This document shows, one piece after another, positions 42,001 to 57,000 of a stretch of DNA of 64,000 nucleotides. The notes under the pieces were generated by a model. That model was not told the origin of the DNA. It searched no databases and saw only the letters and a program-made list of their open reading frames with translations. The translations under genes were made by a program, and so were the position numbers. Position 1 is the stretch's first letter, and every line of letters begins with the position of its first letter. Location of the stretch: contig CAYJXI010000001.1 of the NCBI GenBank assembly GCA_964374105.1, positions 71,743 through 135,742 of the forward strand. Direction: 5' to 3'. Origin of the DNA: an uncultured Planctomycetales bacterium (GTDB lineage: Bacteria; Omnitrophota; Gorgyraeia; Zapsychrales; JANLHA01).

Positions 42001-45000
42001 TTCATGCAAAGCTATCGGGATCTTTATGTCACAAGCCAATTGGAAGAAGAGTTGGGTCTCAGCCGTGAAGAAGCCTTTGTGAAGACCTTTGGGGAATTTG
42101 CACAGAATCCTCGTTACAAGAATATCGCTCGCTTCCCGGATCTCTATTGGTCGATTTTCTATCAGGCCGCCTTTGTGGCCCGCTATATTAAGGAAGATGG
42201 AAAGAAGAAAGCCAATCCCGTCTTTATGGCCTTGTCGAATCGGATTCTGCAGACCCAGATTCGTTTAAGTCAAGCCGAGTTCTTAAAGAGATTGATACCG
42301 GCTCCGCAAGTTCGGCTAACCAAAGAACAAAGGCAGGAATTTGAAAAGGCGATTCGTGTAACGGATGTCTACCGTGTGGCTGGACAAGTACCAGCCGAGA
42401 TCGGGCAGGAGATCCGGCCGGGACGCTTTGTCTTAAAGGATGAGATTGCTTCCATCATCAATTTGATTTCCGGACAAGGCCATGAATTTTCCAGTGCGAT
42501 TTCTAAAGTTAATCCGGCTGAGAAAGATTACGATGATCAAGTCGCATCCGCCATTCATCAGGTGTTGAGCCGGTATGATTTGGATGATTTCGTAACAGCG
42601 TTTACCTTTGATAAGAATCCACCGGACATTCACGAATTCCTGATGGCGTATTTCCTTGTGCCCAACCTCATCAACCGTGAGATGCTCAAGCACATCACGA
42701 AGGTGGGTCATATTATTTTCTCACGCTCATTCCTAAAAGATAAGACCACCCAAGAGATTGAACTCAATTGGGCCCATGAAGAACACCATAAATTATGGAT
42801 TGAGGCCGAAGGCCAGAATCCTGCCACTATCCGTATGCTGATAGAGGTATTCAACCAGATGCTTGATTTTGGCAGAACCGTTCTTTTGGATAAAGACCAG
42901 CTAGATTCATTGGCAACAGCAGGAATCCATGCCCAAAATTACACTGAACTTCTTTTGGTGAATGTCAATCGCTTTTATGACGAGTTAACCCCATCAGAAT
43001 TTTGGATTCAGTTACTTGATGAACGGGAAGTATCGGATCAATCAATAGACGAGAAAGGCCAGGAATTGATATATGCCAGTGATTATATTCAGATGTTCTT
43101 TAAGGGATTGCTTAAGAAAGCGGGTCTTGACCATGATTCCTTAAAATTTTGGATGCTTCAGGCGCGGGCAGAGGTTGACAAACAGCGGGCGAAGGCTAAA
43201 GAAGAAGCAAAGAAGGATACGGAGGCCTTAAATAAAGCAGGGTTATTAGGGAAGAAGAAAGAGGCCGATGTCAACCACGTAGGTGGACATCAGAAGAAAG
43301 ATGATCCCGCCCGGCCAGTGCCGGGGTTGCCGATGCCAACTAAGAAAGACGTGGATCAGGAGATCGTAAGGAGACTCGCAGAAAGGGATAATGACATCAA
43401 TGCCTTTGTCAATGTGCAAGAGTTAGATACCCGTAGTGCCAACCAAGCCATCAACTGGTTATATCAGAACAAATATAAAGAGATGTCTGAATACCTGAAT
43501 TATCTGGTCAGAAAGGGATTGGTCCGCGCTGGACCGTTTACCGGATTCTTAGCGGCCGTTTATTCCCACCAAAATCAGGAATATATTCTCCTGTCCAATC
43601 GAGAAGAATATCAAGAATATTTAACGACAGAACAAATCATCGCCAGCCTCATCCATGAAATTGGCGCCATCAAGAAGTTCAACAAATCCCACCAAGAAAA
43701 TGAAAAAAGAGAGAATCAATATTGGGGTGTCGAGCAAGTATCAACTCCTGTGGAGACAAAACAAAGAGACCGCCAATTCATCTATCCCTTTAAAGAAGGT
43801 GATTTATTTATTCATGAAGGATTTGGTTTCATAAAGGTGATGCGTTATATAGCCGCGGAAGATGTGCTCGTTATCAAGCGGATAGAAGTTATAGGGACAC
43901 TGGGCGAGCTTAGTACTTCAGTAAGATCTGAACAAATCCAAGTTCCGAGAGGAGAAACAAAGATCTTGGGGGCGAGTGAGAGAAAATTGGCGCCTGTTTA
44001 CGAGCCTAAGACAAGAAGAATTACTCGAAAGGCATGGGAGATTATGCGTGAGCGGGCGCGAAAGCGTTTTAAAGAAGGATTTGTCTCATTACTCTTTGGA
44101 TTCGATGTTGTGACAACAAGAATTGAAGAAGAACAAAAACAAGGCAGAACGCGAGGTTATTTCACTACAATCTTCTCGCAAGGCCAAAAGGGATTAGGTA
44201 CGGATTGGACACTAGAAAGATTGTGGGGATATATCCATGATGCCAGATTTGATTTGAGAGTGCATCGTTTCTTTAAGGTACTTTTCAAGAAGATCTTTGC
44301 GGATACAGGGGAGGATGTTATTTTGACCTCTGTCTTAGACTCCTTCGGTCGACAGATGACAGCTCCCGAGACTCGGTTGGAGGCCTGGCCCCAGAGAATT
44401 TTTAGAACTTATTACGAGAGATATAGTAGACAGAAAATCCAGAGAGACATCTGGCCGTTATTTAAAGCTATCCCCACGGATATTGATATCTATTATCGCA
44501 CTCAGTTATTGAAAGGCTTGAAGGTGTTCAATGAGGAAAAACAAACCTTCCTCTCTGATGAAGAATATCAAGCCATCTGGGAGAAGTTTCACGTCTACTT
44601 GGCTTCGTATTACCGCAAGAAAGATGCCCGCCACCATCGAGACAGGTTTTCTCAGCTCATCCTTAAGCAGCGAAACAACTTCTCAATCTCAACCGAGCTG
44701 TACAGATTAGTGAGAGGACGAATGTTTGCGTTGTTGAAAGACAAGCTTCCGAAAATTGACGTTGTGGTTCCGGCACCTTCGATTTATCCATTAACAAATC
44801 AGACCATCTCCTTGGCAGATTTGGCTAATCAGGATATCAAAGGACAATTAAGTTTAACGGCCTTACAACAAGTTCGCAAAAGAACGAAGCAGAAGTTTGA
44901 GAGTAAGCTTTGGCGGAGGGCCTTGAATGCCGGAGGGGTCTTCAAAGGAAATCCGGAAGAATTAAAAGATAAGGTGGTGCTGATTGTCGATGACAATGAA

Positions 45001-48000
45001 ACAACCGGTTTCACGGCGGCGGGTCTACGAGCAGCAGCTTATGAAGCGGGAGCTCAACAAGTGTTTGCTTTGGCTTATGGAAAGTCCTTAAAGGGCAGGG
45101 CTGACCCTGAACTGGTTGGGCCGGAAATTTCTATGGAAATGACAACAGCTGAGATTCCTGAATTGTTGGGAACCCCATATGATAACGAGACCATCCAGCT
45201 TTTTGTGACAGGCGGGAGCTTTGTGAATTGTGTGTCCCGTACCATATCTCATGCGACACTTCATTCACTGCTTACTCTTAATAAGCCTCTTCGCGTGATC
45301 GTCTTTGAACCAGCTGTCTCTCCTTGGGGCAAACACGATTACGATGACTACATAAGCGCCTTTGTTCGAATAAATTCGATTCAATTTGCTGGCCTAATGC
45401 CATTAGATACAAAAGTAACATTAGACGGACATGTTATGGTTGATCAAAGACCGGTTGTTTACCCAGGTTATTCCGTACTTATTGAGATTTACACAACCAA
45501 AAAGCAATTCAAGGATAAATACCTTTATGAGAGCCGTGAACTTGATCTAAAAGGAGTTCAGAAAAAAAGATTCATCGATGTTCTTACCGAAAAACTAAAT
45601 TTAAAACAAGATGTAGCGCAACAAATACTGGAGCAGTTATTAGAGAAGAGTTCATTTCTGGCAGGTTGGGAGGGACAAGGTGAAGTCTTGTTCTTTGTCA
45701 TCGGCCTTTTAAAGATTTTGACCCTACCAGGTCTTGCCCAAAGCTTACAGGGGAACGAGGAGTTGACTAAAGAATTGGTAGATTCTCTTGGGTACTCTGT
45801 CAATCACCTTTTTAAAGAGAGGCTAGTCATTGCACGAAGAGCATTTATTTATACCGTGGAATTGTTAATGAGTTCTGCCGTGAGTAGGCTTCTAAAAGAT
45901 AAGAATGACGTAGAAGGCGTTATGGAAAGTATTCAATTTGTGTCTGGAAGAGCCAAAAATTTTCAAGAAAGGATTGTTGTTATTAATCGAGTTTTGAATT
46001 CGGGAAAACTAGCTCAAGAAATTACAGATTTAGATAATCTCCGTAGATATATAAAAGAAGTTTCTGAAGAGGTTTTAAAGAAGGCTCAAGTTGATCATCG
46101 TGGTTTTCTGGATGTTGAAAAGACGACCAGGACGATTCTAGAAGAGCTTAGTGGAAACAATTTTGGATTTCAAGAAGAGGGTGATTCTTACCGCAACATC
46201 ACCTCCTCCGCCTTTAAGGCCTATTTAGATCAGCATCGAGCAGAATTATTAAAGCAATTAGGCGAAGAAGGTGTGAGAAGATTAGAACGATATTTTGAAG
46301 CTTTAAGGATTCATGAAGAATTGACCAGCGCTAAAGGTTTGATTCGCGGGCAGCCTGCCCTGAGCGGAGTCGAAGGGCCATTCGAGGGAGCGGAAGTTGC
46401 CTCATTCGTCGCACCGAATCAGACCGGCCTCAATAAAGCCTTACGCGCCTCACTCGATCAACCTTGGGAATTATCCCCCGAAGCCATTCAAGTTTTGATC
46501 GACCAAGGATTTACTAAAGAAGAGATTACTGAATACCTCGCCTTCCTCAAAGAACATGAAGGGGAGCATCAAAGACTTTATAAGGAAAATCCTAACCATT
46601 CCGAAGACAGAATACTTGGAATTCAAGTAGACAACATAAGCCATGTGTCCTCACGTACGATAAAAACGCAAGCGGTTAGTTTGGGCGATAACCAAACTTC
46701 CACGCAATTTGTCAGCCGGAATTTCATTCAGAATATTTTTGATAATTTTGTACATCTTTTCTTTGGAGAGAAGATGGGTGCGCAAAACGATGATGCCGCA
46801 AGACTTTTGGGGAGGATAATGCAGGATGTTGCTAAAGTCGAGATCACGGGTAATCAAGACACGGCCTTCACGACGGGCAATGGCGAATATTTCCTCATCT
46901 TTAAGGGGGGTCTTGGAAATATCACGGACATCGACCACATCATAATCTTGGCTTTGAAGTTCATAAAGGAAAGAACGAGGGATATCCGCATCCAAAATGA
47001 GTTTGATCATTATCGAGTTGAAGATTTAAGGGGAATTTCTTCTTCCTTAGCCAGAAGGGCAGCAAACAGAAGCGATGCCTTGATGTCTTTATCGGACAGG
47101 GGAGGATATTCGGCTTTGATTTCTTCGGGGGTCATACCTAAAGAGAGAGCTTCTAAGACCACATATACCGGGGTGCGTGTTCCTTTAATACAAGGTTTAC
47201 CATGGTGGATATTAGGAGAAGTGACAATTCGTTCAAGCAGACTATTGATTTTAATCATATCAATACCTCCAACAGTTAAATTCAGTATAGTTACCTCTCG
47301 AGATAATGTCAACGAGAAAGTCCGCAACATCACCGCTGAGGCGCTGGAGAAATTTATCAATGCTAGAAATAACAGTAGCGAGCCGTTAACTGAAACCGTC
47401 ACCCAGCGGCTGCAGATGTTCGTGGCGATGTTGAGAATGCTGCAGGCAGAAACCGGTGGTGAACCTGTTGCGTACTACAATACTGCGACCGACCAAATCA
47501 TCTGGAATCTCACCGAAGAACAAATCCGCACCATCCTCAGTACCAAGAATAAAGAAGAAAACATCACCGTACTCATTGATTTCATTCGTAAACACGAAAA
47601 GAGACATCAACAACTATCTCGAAAGAAGATTAAACATTCCGAAGATAATATCTTTGAATATCAAATTAAAAAATGGAAAGCATCGGCTCCCAATAAGAAA
47701 TCAATCCGCGAGTTGTTGTTTAGCAAGCGACAGGGCGCTCCTCAGGGATTGCCAAAGGTTTTTGCCTTTAGATTCGAAAGGAATCAAAGGGTTAGGAGAA
47801 TTTCTGTTGCCAAAGACTTGCAACAAAGATTTTTCTCAGAAGCGTTTTTGGTAGAGACAGATGAACTTGGCGCCACTGTTATTGGAGATATTGAGCAGTG
47901 GGGTGGATTTAGAGAAGATCGGTGGAGACATAGTCATCTCATGGAGTTAGAGGATGAGGATATTGTCGAGATGGCCTGCAGTGATTGTGGCGCCATGATT

Positions 48001-51000
48001 ATCCACAATGCCCAGACAAAAGAAACCTTTTTTGCCCATTCTTTGGGATACGAATCATTTGAAACATGGCAACTTAGTCTTCAAGATGCTAAGAAGCGCT
48101 TTGCTGAGCAGGAAGATCAAGTTATCGTTTATGTTGGGGCGAATAATTTAGGATTTACTCTAGGAGATTATGATGATCATGGAGATTATAAGATCAATCT
48201 TGATAAAACACTAAAAACAATCAATTCAGCGTTAGAAGAAAGACAAAGGCTGATCAATCAAGCAATCGAGTTAGGCTACCGAGTCGTCCAAACCTTCCCG
48301 TATTATATTGGGATTTCATTAGATCATTATTTCAGCCCTCAACGCGGAATCCTCATCATTAGGGTAGATAAAACAAATTTTCCAGATTTTGTCAAAAGGA
48401 AAATGCCTAATCGACAATATTTGGATTTATTGAAGAAATTAACCAAAGAAAGAAAAGGCAGTGCTTATTTTGATGAAGGTGAAAACAGCGGGTTCCCGCG
48501 CCGCAACATCACCGCTGAGGCGCTGGAGAAATTTATCAATGCTAGAAATAACAGTAGCGAGCCGTTAACTGAAACCGTCACCCAGCGGCTGCAGATGTTC
48601 GTGGCGATGTTGCGTATATTAGAGGGGACAACTAACGGTGAACAAGTTGCGTATTATAACCCCGCCACCGACCAAATCGTCTGGAACTTGATCGAAAAAG
48701 ACATCCGTACGATCTTAAGCGCTCACCGTTTTACCACTGAAGAAATCACTGTCCTTATTGCTTTTATCCGCGAGCACGAAGAACATCATAAAAAATTTAA
48801 AAGGCGAATTTCTCATACAGAAGCTGATATCTTTGAAGATCAAATCAAACGAATAGCCCAGGAAACAAAATATTCTTTGCCTAAGCGAAAGGTTTATACT
48901 CGTAAGGTTATCAAACGCGGCGAACCTTGGCTTGATATCATTGAAAACATTTTCAAAATGCAACCATCCTTGCTGCAAAATCGAGCATTGGTCGTACTAT
49001 TTATGCTAAGCCTATTTGACCGATATTGGCGGTCTAAATCAGGGTCTATCGCGATATCTGCTGTCCGAGATTACATACCAGACTTTAATCTATTGCCTTC
49101 ACCTAAGTCAAGGAGACAAATCATTAACGAAATTAGCGGAATGTGGAGCCGTTATCAATTGGTGCATTGGCATGGGGCCTTTGAATTCTGGTTATACGTG
49201 GTTTCCATGGTGTCTATACTAAGACCAAATGTGCTCTTAAAAAGGCTTAAAGATTTCTTTTTGATATTTGGACCTTATTGGGATTTGATAGCCGTGTTGG
49301 TGAATGTATTGCATCTACGCGCCCTGCCGGGCCATGGTTTAGAAGAAGGGAAACTCATTGATCTTGGAATTATCAACTCCGCACTGTTACGCATTGTTGA
49401 ATACTTTATTGAAAATTTACAAAGTCGCACGATGGAACCACAGAGAGACGGCCACAAGATCAAGATCCCAGAACGAGCTGTTTATCTCTGGGCTATTGCC
49501 TCTGCTTTGGATCCCATTATATATTCCGACAGCGAAATAAGGCCAGAAACCCTTAAACAGTTAGCTCTTCTCAACCAAAAATGGAATGGCAAAGTGGAAC
49601 TCTTGATTGAAGAAATTTTAGGGACAAATTGGTTGAACTACAACCTCAAGAGTCCGGAGGTGGCCTATGATTCAATTCTTGGATATGATGATGAACCGAT
49701 TCCGTTCATTTTCGCCATCAAAGATACAAGGGTTCTTGAACAATGGGTCTTACCTGACGAAAAGCATGATGTTCTTGGTGATCCTTTGCTTTGGTTGATT
49801 ATGGTTAAGAATGATCAAGAGGAGATAACGTCATTTTTCAAGGGACAGGATTTTTATAGGACACAGGAAGAAAGGAATCGCTTGCGAGGGAAGAGAATGT
49901 CTCTTGAAAAGAGAAGAAAATTATTTAAAAGGACATTGCGGGAAGATTTAAGATTTTTGAAAGAGCAGGAGAAGGGACGGCAAGAACAAAAAGCCAAGTT
50001 ACACAACCTCCTTGATCAATTTGAACATCTTCATGAGACTGTCAAAAAAGAGGGGAGTCGAATTGTTGATTATGAGGATAAGCGGTTTGTGATCGTGGTT
50101 TATAAAGAATATGAGAGCACTTCTCAATCTATACCTCGTTTAACAACGAGAACTGTTTTAGGGACAGCCGAATGTTTTGATTGTCAAGGGGTGCTGGGAG
50201 TTGGCTTTGTCTCAAGGAAGGCCAAGACAGGCTTTGTGCTCCATCAATTTATGAGATTAGAAGAGTACTTCCCGGATTTTGATTTAAAGATTCGAAACGA
50301 TCATCTTAGATACGAGTGGGAAGAGCTGATGGCCAAGATGAGGGGTGCTCAGGAAATCATCATTGTGTCTTCTTATCGATCAGAACGAGAAGAGTCTGTC
50401 TTAGAAATTGTTAAGAATTTGCCAGAAGCTCCTCATGTGCGCGGTTTATTAATTAAACGAGATGAATATGTTGATAACGAATCGACCATGATGGCCATCG
50501 CTCAGGGAATGGCAATTCGTACCCATAATCTTCCCAGAAATTATCGTAGAGAGGTTATCTTAACCTGGGATGAGGTGAGAGAATTACTGAGAGGTGATTT
50601 TACTTGGATTACTATGGAAGAATTAGAAAGAAGGAAAGGTGGGGACAGCAGTAGTTTTGACAAACCTCAGCCCCCACCGAAGCACCGCAACATCACCGCC
50701 GATGCTTTGGCGGAGTTTATTGCAAACAATATCGGTCGAATAAGTAAAAGAGTCGCAAATCGTTTGAAACGATTTGTCGAGATGCTGCGTATCTTAGAGG
50801 AGCACGTCAAAGAAAATTGGAAGATTCTGACACCACCGGCCGTTGCTTATTATGACACGACCAATGACCAGATTATCTGGAACAGGAATCTATCTAAAGA
50901 GGATATCCTCATCACCCTTAAAACTCACCGTTTTACAACAAAAGAAGTCGTCGAGCTTATCATCTTTATCCGCGAGCACGAAAAGCTCCATCGGCTACTC

Positions 51001-54000
51001 TACAAAAGAAATCCCGCTCACAGCGAAGAGGATGTCTTCCAAAAGCAAATTAAATTGTGGAAAGAAAAAGTTGTTACTCCCACTTTATCCATCATCGATT
51101 TGGTCGGGGCAGATCCTGTTCCAGAAACAATCGAGCAGACCTTTAATTTAGAAGAGACAGAGAAGCTTTTTGCGGCCTTGGATGAAGAGCGAAAGATTGA
51201 TTTACGGAAAAGTAAACCTCACATTCTATTGATTGGAGCAGGCGCTGAAGATGTAAGATTCATCGCCCAACGTTATCCGAAGGGTCAGATGGCCGTGGTC
51301 AGTTTAGGGATAGGACATCTTGTGAAGATCAAAGAGACCTTTGAACAAGATGCCCACGTCAATAGACGGCTCAAACTTTTTTATGCCGATGCCGCCCATT
51401 TGAACCGCAAAAAGTTCCCCAATCAATCATTTGATTTTATTTATATCAAGGGAATTGATCCGACCGCCTTCGGTGATTTGAAAGAAGGTGACACAATTGT
51501 TCAAGGAATTGCCGAGGTGGCCATGCGCCTCATAGGGCCTGGCGGCATCATCTATCATCAGTATTTCCCGCATTTCCGGGTTCGGATATTCTATTCGGCT
51601 TCTGCACATTACATCACGGGACAGGATTTGAGAGAAATTGAAATCCCATCAAAATGGGAATCTCAATGGGTCGTATTTTTAAGAAAGGCACAACAACGAC
51701 CTCGGCAAGAAAAGCGCCATATTGTCGATGCCCATGAGCCTCAAACAACGCCTAAACTGACTCTCGAAGAAGAACTTAAGCTTTTGAGACGTATTGTTTA
51801 TGAAAGCCGGGCGTATATTTTTGAGTTGTTCCGTTTCCATAAGTGGCCGGTTCCGGAACCATTAGCGCAGGTAACATTAGGCGGGTGTTGTCAGGATGCC
51901 GCTCAGGATATTCTGTCCGTTGTTGAACTGCTAAAGAAAGAAGACAGGAGAGGTCTCTCAGCAAAAATATACCAAGCTCATACCTTGTTCTCAAAAGGAG
52001 TTCGAACAACAAATATTCTTGCCCATGTCTTTGCCGTTGTTTCTTTTGAAGATTCCAAACAGCATTATCTGGTTGATACGACCTTTAATCAGCACATGGT
52101 CGATAATTGGGAGGAGCTTGGCTTACGCGATACCTTAGAGATTGCTGCTGATTTGCGGGGTGTGGATTTTGTTTTTGAACTTATTCACGATGGCTATAGT
52201 CCGCTAACCGATGAAAATTCCAACGTCTATGGCAATATCCTGCGAAGATCTGATTTACAAGAATTTTCAACCAAAGACATTGTTGAGGGGCCAATGGCCC
52301 CCTTGACAGAACTTGACGTTGAACGGGAAGGGTTTTATGTCGGTGATGAGTCAGTCAAAGAGAAGATCGATAGACAAATCAGAAAATTCTTAATCTCGCT
52401 TGCCCCAAGATTTAAACGGCACGGGTTTGATGTAGAAAGAAAAGGTGACAGTCACCATCAAAAGGGAGAGGCACCCAAGGATGCCCGCCAAGCCTTTGGC
52501 TGGAAACCCTACCGCGCCCAACTCAAATCCGAATTCGGCCAAGAAGGAATCCGTCACCTCAAACGCGAAGACCGCTGGATCGTGTTTGCGATTGTGTTGT
52601 ATTGGTTTATCCGTGCGGTCACGCTGGGCTTCTGGGCACCACCAGTGCCTACGGGCTTTAAGTTCTTCCAAATCGCCTCACCGACCGCCGAACATCCGGC
52701 CATGCGGTTTATTTCTGCCAAGTATCAGCAATCCATCCGCACACATGAACAAGATCATCCAGAAGAAGAATTCGAAGCCTACCGAAATGCATTGAAGGAA
52801 CATCAATCTTCACTTCGAATTCGATATTTATCACGATCGACAATAACAAGAGATTTAGACAGCTCAGAGGCAGGAACTTCTTTGAGGACTCTCACTAGGA
52901 CGGTATGGACAGCCTCCATGGCTCCCAATGTATCCAAACGAGGTCGCAGGAGAATAACTCCACAATGGGATTTGGTAGGATATAAATTGAGATTGCCAAA
53001 ATCAAGATCGGTAGTAATGATGGTTGCCTTCTCTTTATTGGCAATATTGATTACTGTGCCGTTTGTTGCGGAAGCCTTCCCCAACTCTTGGATTGTCACA
53101 ACGGAAAATCCACTTTGGCGCAGTATCTTCGCGGTTTGGACGAGTACGCATTCATCAATCAATAACTTCATTTTAGCGGGACTTCAGATTTTCGAAGAAA
53201 TGTACTTCTTCATTGCGGACCAATTGGTTGGCATACGCAATGCAGGCGTAAATATCTTCCGGGGAGAGTTGGGGAAAATAATCTTCGCCAGTGATTTCTT
53301 GGGGAGAGAGACCGGCGCTCAGCAAATCCAGAATTTGCCAGACCATAATGCGATGGCCCTTTATGCATGGCTTGCCGTGGCATATCTTTGGATTTACCGA
53401 AATGCGTTTAAGAAGCTTTTGGGTATCATTCAATTTAATAGTCGGTTTAATCATTTTTTGAATCTCCAAAATAACAATAGAACTGTAGCATCTCCAAAAG
53501 GTCATGTCAAGGAGGCAGAAAGGAAACAATGGTTGGAGGAAATTCATGAAATCCAGCGCCGCGAAGCCTTTGGCTGGGAAGCTTACCGCGCCCAACTCAA
53601 ATCCGAATTCGGCCAAGAAGGAATCCGTCACCTCAAACGCGAAGACCGCTGGATTGTGTTTGCGATTGTGATGTACTGGCTAATTCATGCTATGACGCTC
53701 GGGTTCTGGGGGCCGCCAGCGAAGGTGACAGTCACCAAAGGTGACAGTCACCTTCGCCAATTTGCCCGATGGCAAATTGCCTCACCAGAAGCCGAACATC
53801 CGGCTTTGACGGCGAAGATTTTCGGATTGATTCCCTTAATGCCTGCTAAATACAGACAATCCATCAGACAACACGAGTTTTATCATATTTACCGAACCGA
53901 TGAATATGGTGTTTATCGAGATCAGTTGATTTGGGTACTGGATGTTTTAAGTCCGTCTCACCAATTGGCGCAAAAGATCAATGAAAGTTTAAACGGGCAA

Positions 54001-57000
54001 CCTTTAGAGGTCTACGCTGATCCTTTGATCATTAACGACCAAAAGGTTTTCTATACAACTACGGAAGGTACTAGGTCCCAGGCAACGGGTAGCGAGAGGA
54101 CATTGCCTCGTGTTTTAAGGATTGGACCGGATATTTTTGTCCTCATCAACGAATACGGACCTCAGCCGGAAAGAATCACCTCGCAAATAAAAGGAATGAA
54201 ACAAAGATTAGGTAAGTTATACACCAAGAACACCGGGCGTATTCACTTTGTCCCGTATTCATTTTATAGTCGAGGGGATATCGAACAGACCGGTATCCCA
54301 TTGAGTCGAGACGCGGTTGTCGCGGTTGCCTCAATCGGTACGTTTATCAAAGAGAACGATACCGGTTTCGGGTTGGATTTAGGAACCGGTGAGGATGCGC
54401 TCTTAGGAAAGGTCATGATGAAACGCGGCCTTAAAGTTGTCTTGGTAGAAAAAGAGGCAGATTTGATTCCAAGAATCAGGACATATTTGGCCCATGAGGC
54501 CTCCCAAGAAAGTCAATGGGATTGGAACAAAGAATCCCACGAGTGGCAAAGAGGCGAGAGAGGTGATGGCGATTATGTCCTCCTTCAGGGGGATCTTTCC
54601 GATCAAGATTTCTTAAACAAACTCATGGAACATCCTTGGGTCAAACAAGCGAAGATCCTCACCGCTAATATCGGACCTTGGGGTTTCTATGGCAGTAAGG
54701 ACAAAAGCCAAATTCATCCCAATGAGGCTTCTGTTGGGATGGCGGTTGGCTTGCCTAACGTTAGATTCTTTATTAACAGCGGATACTATTTATCTTACCA
54801 AAGATCCTTCGAAGAAGGGCATCACGGGCAAGTTCTAAGCGCTAATAAACAATTCTTCAAAGACCAAGGATTTGAAGTAGATGTTTTGAAGATGAGTTCA
54901 AAATACAGTTCTGCCGCAACCTTAATAGCTTACCGGCAGCATAACAAGGGGACACTCAAAACAGGATTCCTTGGGCCTTATGAGGTGCTTGAGCCGGTGT
55001 CTTATGATCTTAAAGAAAACAAATTATCCGGGCAATTGAGAAACACCTCGACCAAAGAGGTAGTTGATCTGGCCTATACAACATATATTGAACGAGCCCC
55101 GCCGGCGGCGATTCGGGAAATGCTTATCGATGTGAAGAGGCTTGCTAGAAATCGGATCGTTACAAAAATTATTAGAAGATATTTAAGAAGTTTTGCTGGC
55201 CAAACCTTTATTATTGAACACCCTGCCGACATCACTTTAAGTTTTGCTAAAAAGAATCTCGTTGCGATTTCTCGGTATCTGATGAATACCCCCCTCGCTG
55301 TCTTCCACGAGATTGCACATGCCGTTCTCATCCGATCGGAAAATGAAAAACTCCTAAGGCAGTTTGATTCCTATTTACAAAAGGAAGCTTCCACTTTGAG
55401 ATTAGTGGAACTGAACAAGACCGGTGATTATCCTACCCTTCCCGACATTATCCATCGATTGATTATTGCCTTACAGAAATTTGCAATGCCTGAACTGAAT
55501 AAACAGCTCATCGGCAAACTCTATTATCTTGAAAAACTTCAAAGAGAACTTAAAGCAACCGATAAAGAAATCATAAGGAATGAATTAGATCATGTGGTGG
55601 TGATGAATAAAGAAAAAGGCATCGTGAGCGCTAACTGGTCAACAACCGAGGCATTCGCTAAAGAAAAGTTACCTAAAGAATATCGATATTTAACGCATAT
55701 TGGGCGATTAGATAAAAAGACAACTGGACTCTTATTATTCGGGAAGAAAGGATTCTTAGGAGTGACCCTGATTAATCCAACCCTTCATCCTGAACATAAG
55801 GTTAAGAAGGTCTATGAAGCGGTTGTTCAAGGCATACCTCAAGAAGAAGATTTACTGCGTTTAAAAGAAGGTATCGTGATTCGGTTTACCAAGATATCCC
55901 AGAAGGGCAAGAAGAGAGATAAGGTTGAGTATCTTGCCAAGGCGGTTGAGGCTAGATTGATTGAAGCTGATAGGAAAACAGCTGGAGTCCAAGTGGTCTT
56001 GACTGAAGGCAAAAACCGCCAAGTCCGTCGGATGCTGGCCAAGATCGGATTCCCTGCCCTTCGACTTAAACGCATTCAAATAGGTGAAGTTAAACTCGGC
56101 GATTTAAAACCTGGCAGAATAAGAAGATTAACCGATGAAGAAAAACAATGGATGTTAGGAGTTTATCGCCAGGGCCTGCGGCACATCTTGAATAAAGAAC
56201 TAAAGCCTTATCAAAGAATGAAAGGGCCGCTACGAACGAAGCTCAGTCACCTTCCGTGGCGGGTGGCGAGCAAAATAAGTCGTGCGTTCGTAGCGGCCTT
56301 GAAGATTATTAGACACTTAAGGAGATTGTTGGGGCATCGAAGCGTTGATTCAGAAGAACAAAAAGATTTGCCGGGATCTCACCAAGAAAAACGTGAGGTC
56401 CTTGGCTGGTGGAGGTATCGAAAAGAGCTTCGTCAAGAATTCGGCTGGCGCGGGATTTGGTATTTGGTGAAGGAAGATTGGAATATCATCCTGGCTTTCA
56501 TCAAGGAGTATGGTTGGATCCGCGGGGCGCCGATGGCGTTCACAACGCCGATCGCCACTCCAACCGCCTATATCCGGGCCTTCTATCGATTACCGCCGAT
56601 GTATCAAAATTCTATCTATGAACATGAAGAAATCCATAGGGAGGTGAAATCCGAATGGGAAGCTTATCAAGGGCAGTTACAGAAGATTCTCTTGGATAGA
56701 AAGATCGGAGATCTCAAGAGGTGGTTTAAGGAATCTTACCAACTGATAAAAGAGTTCTATTCACCTAAAGGAAAACATACGCCCAGCAGTGTAGTAACCA
56801 GTAGAACTGATGTAGAGATCGCAAAAGAATTGGAAGAAGATATTTATAAACAGATTTTTGAAGTGTTGGAAGAGATTAGCCAGCATATAGAGCGAGGGAG
56901 AATACGGCCGGATGTGAGACTGAGGGTATCTGAAAGAGAGGTACCAGGGTATATACCTAAAGATATGGGACGGCCGGTGCGCGCGGCGTTTCTACCAATG

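Noticed and set aside
53455-53631. The long N-terminal extension of the ORF-track call 53173-53631 (DUF433, pair 3), and similarly 47259-47402 for pair 2
   Set aside because: The extension 'MTDSFLAEFGFELGAVSFPAKG...' is antisense to the conserved GW linker. It precedes a good internal start with an RBS ('MIKPTIKL...', GGAG upstream) that gives a normal-length DUF433 protein.
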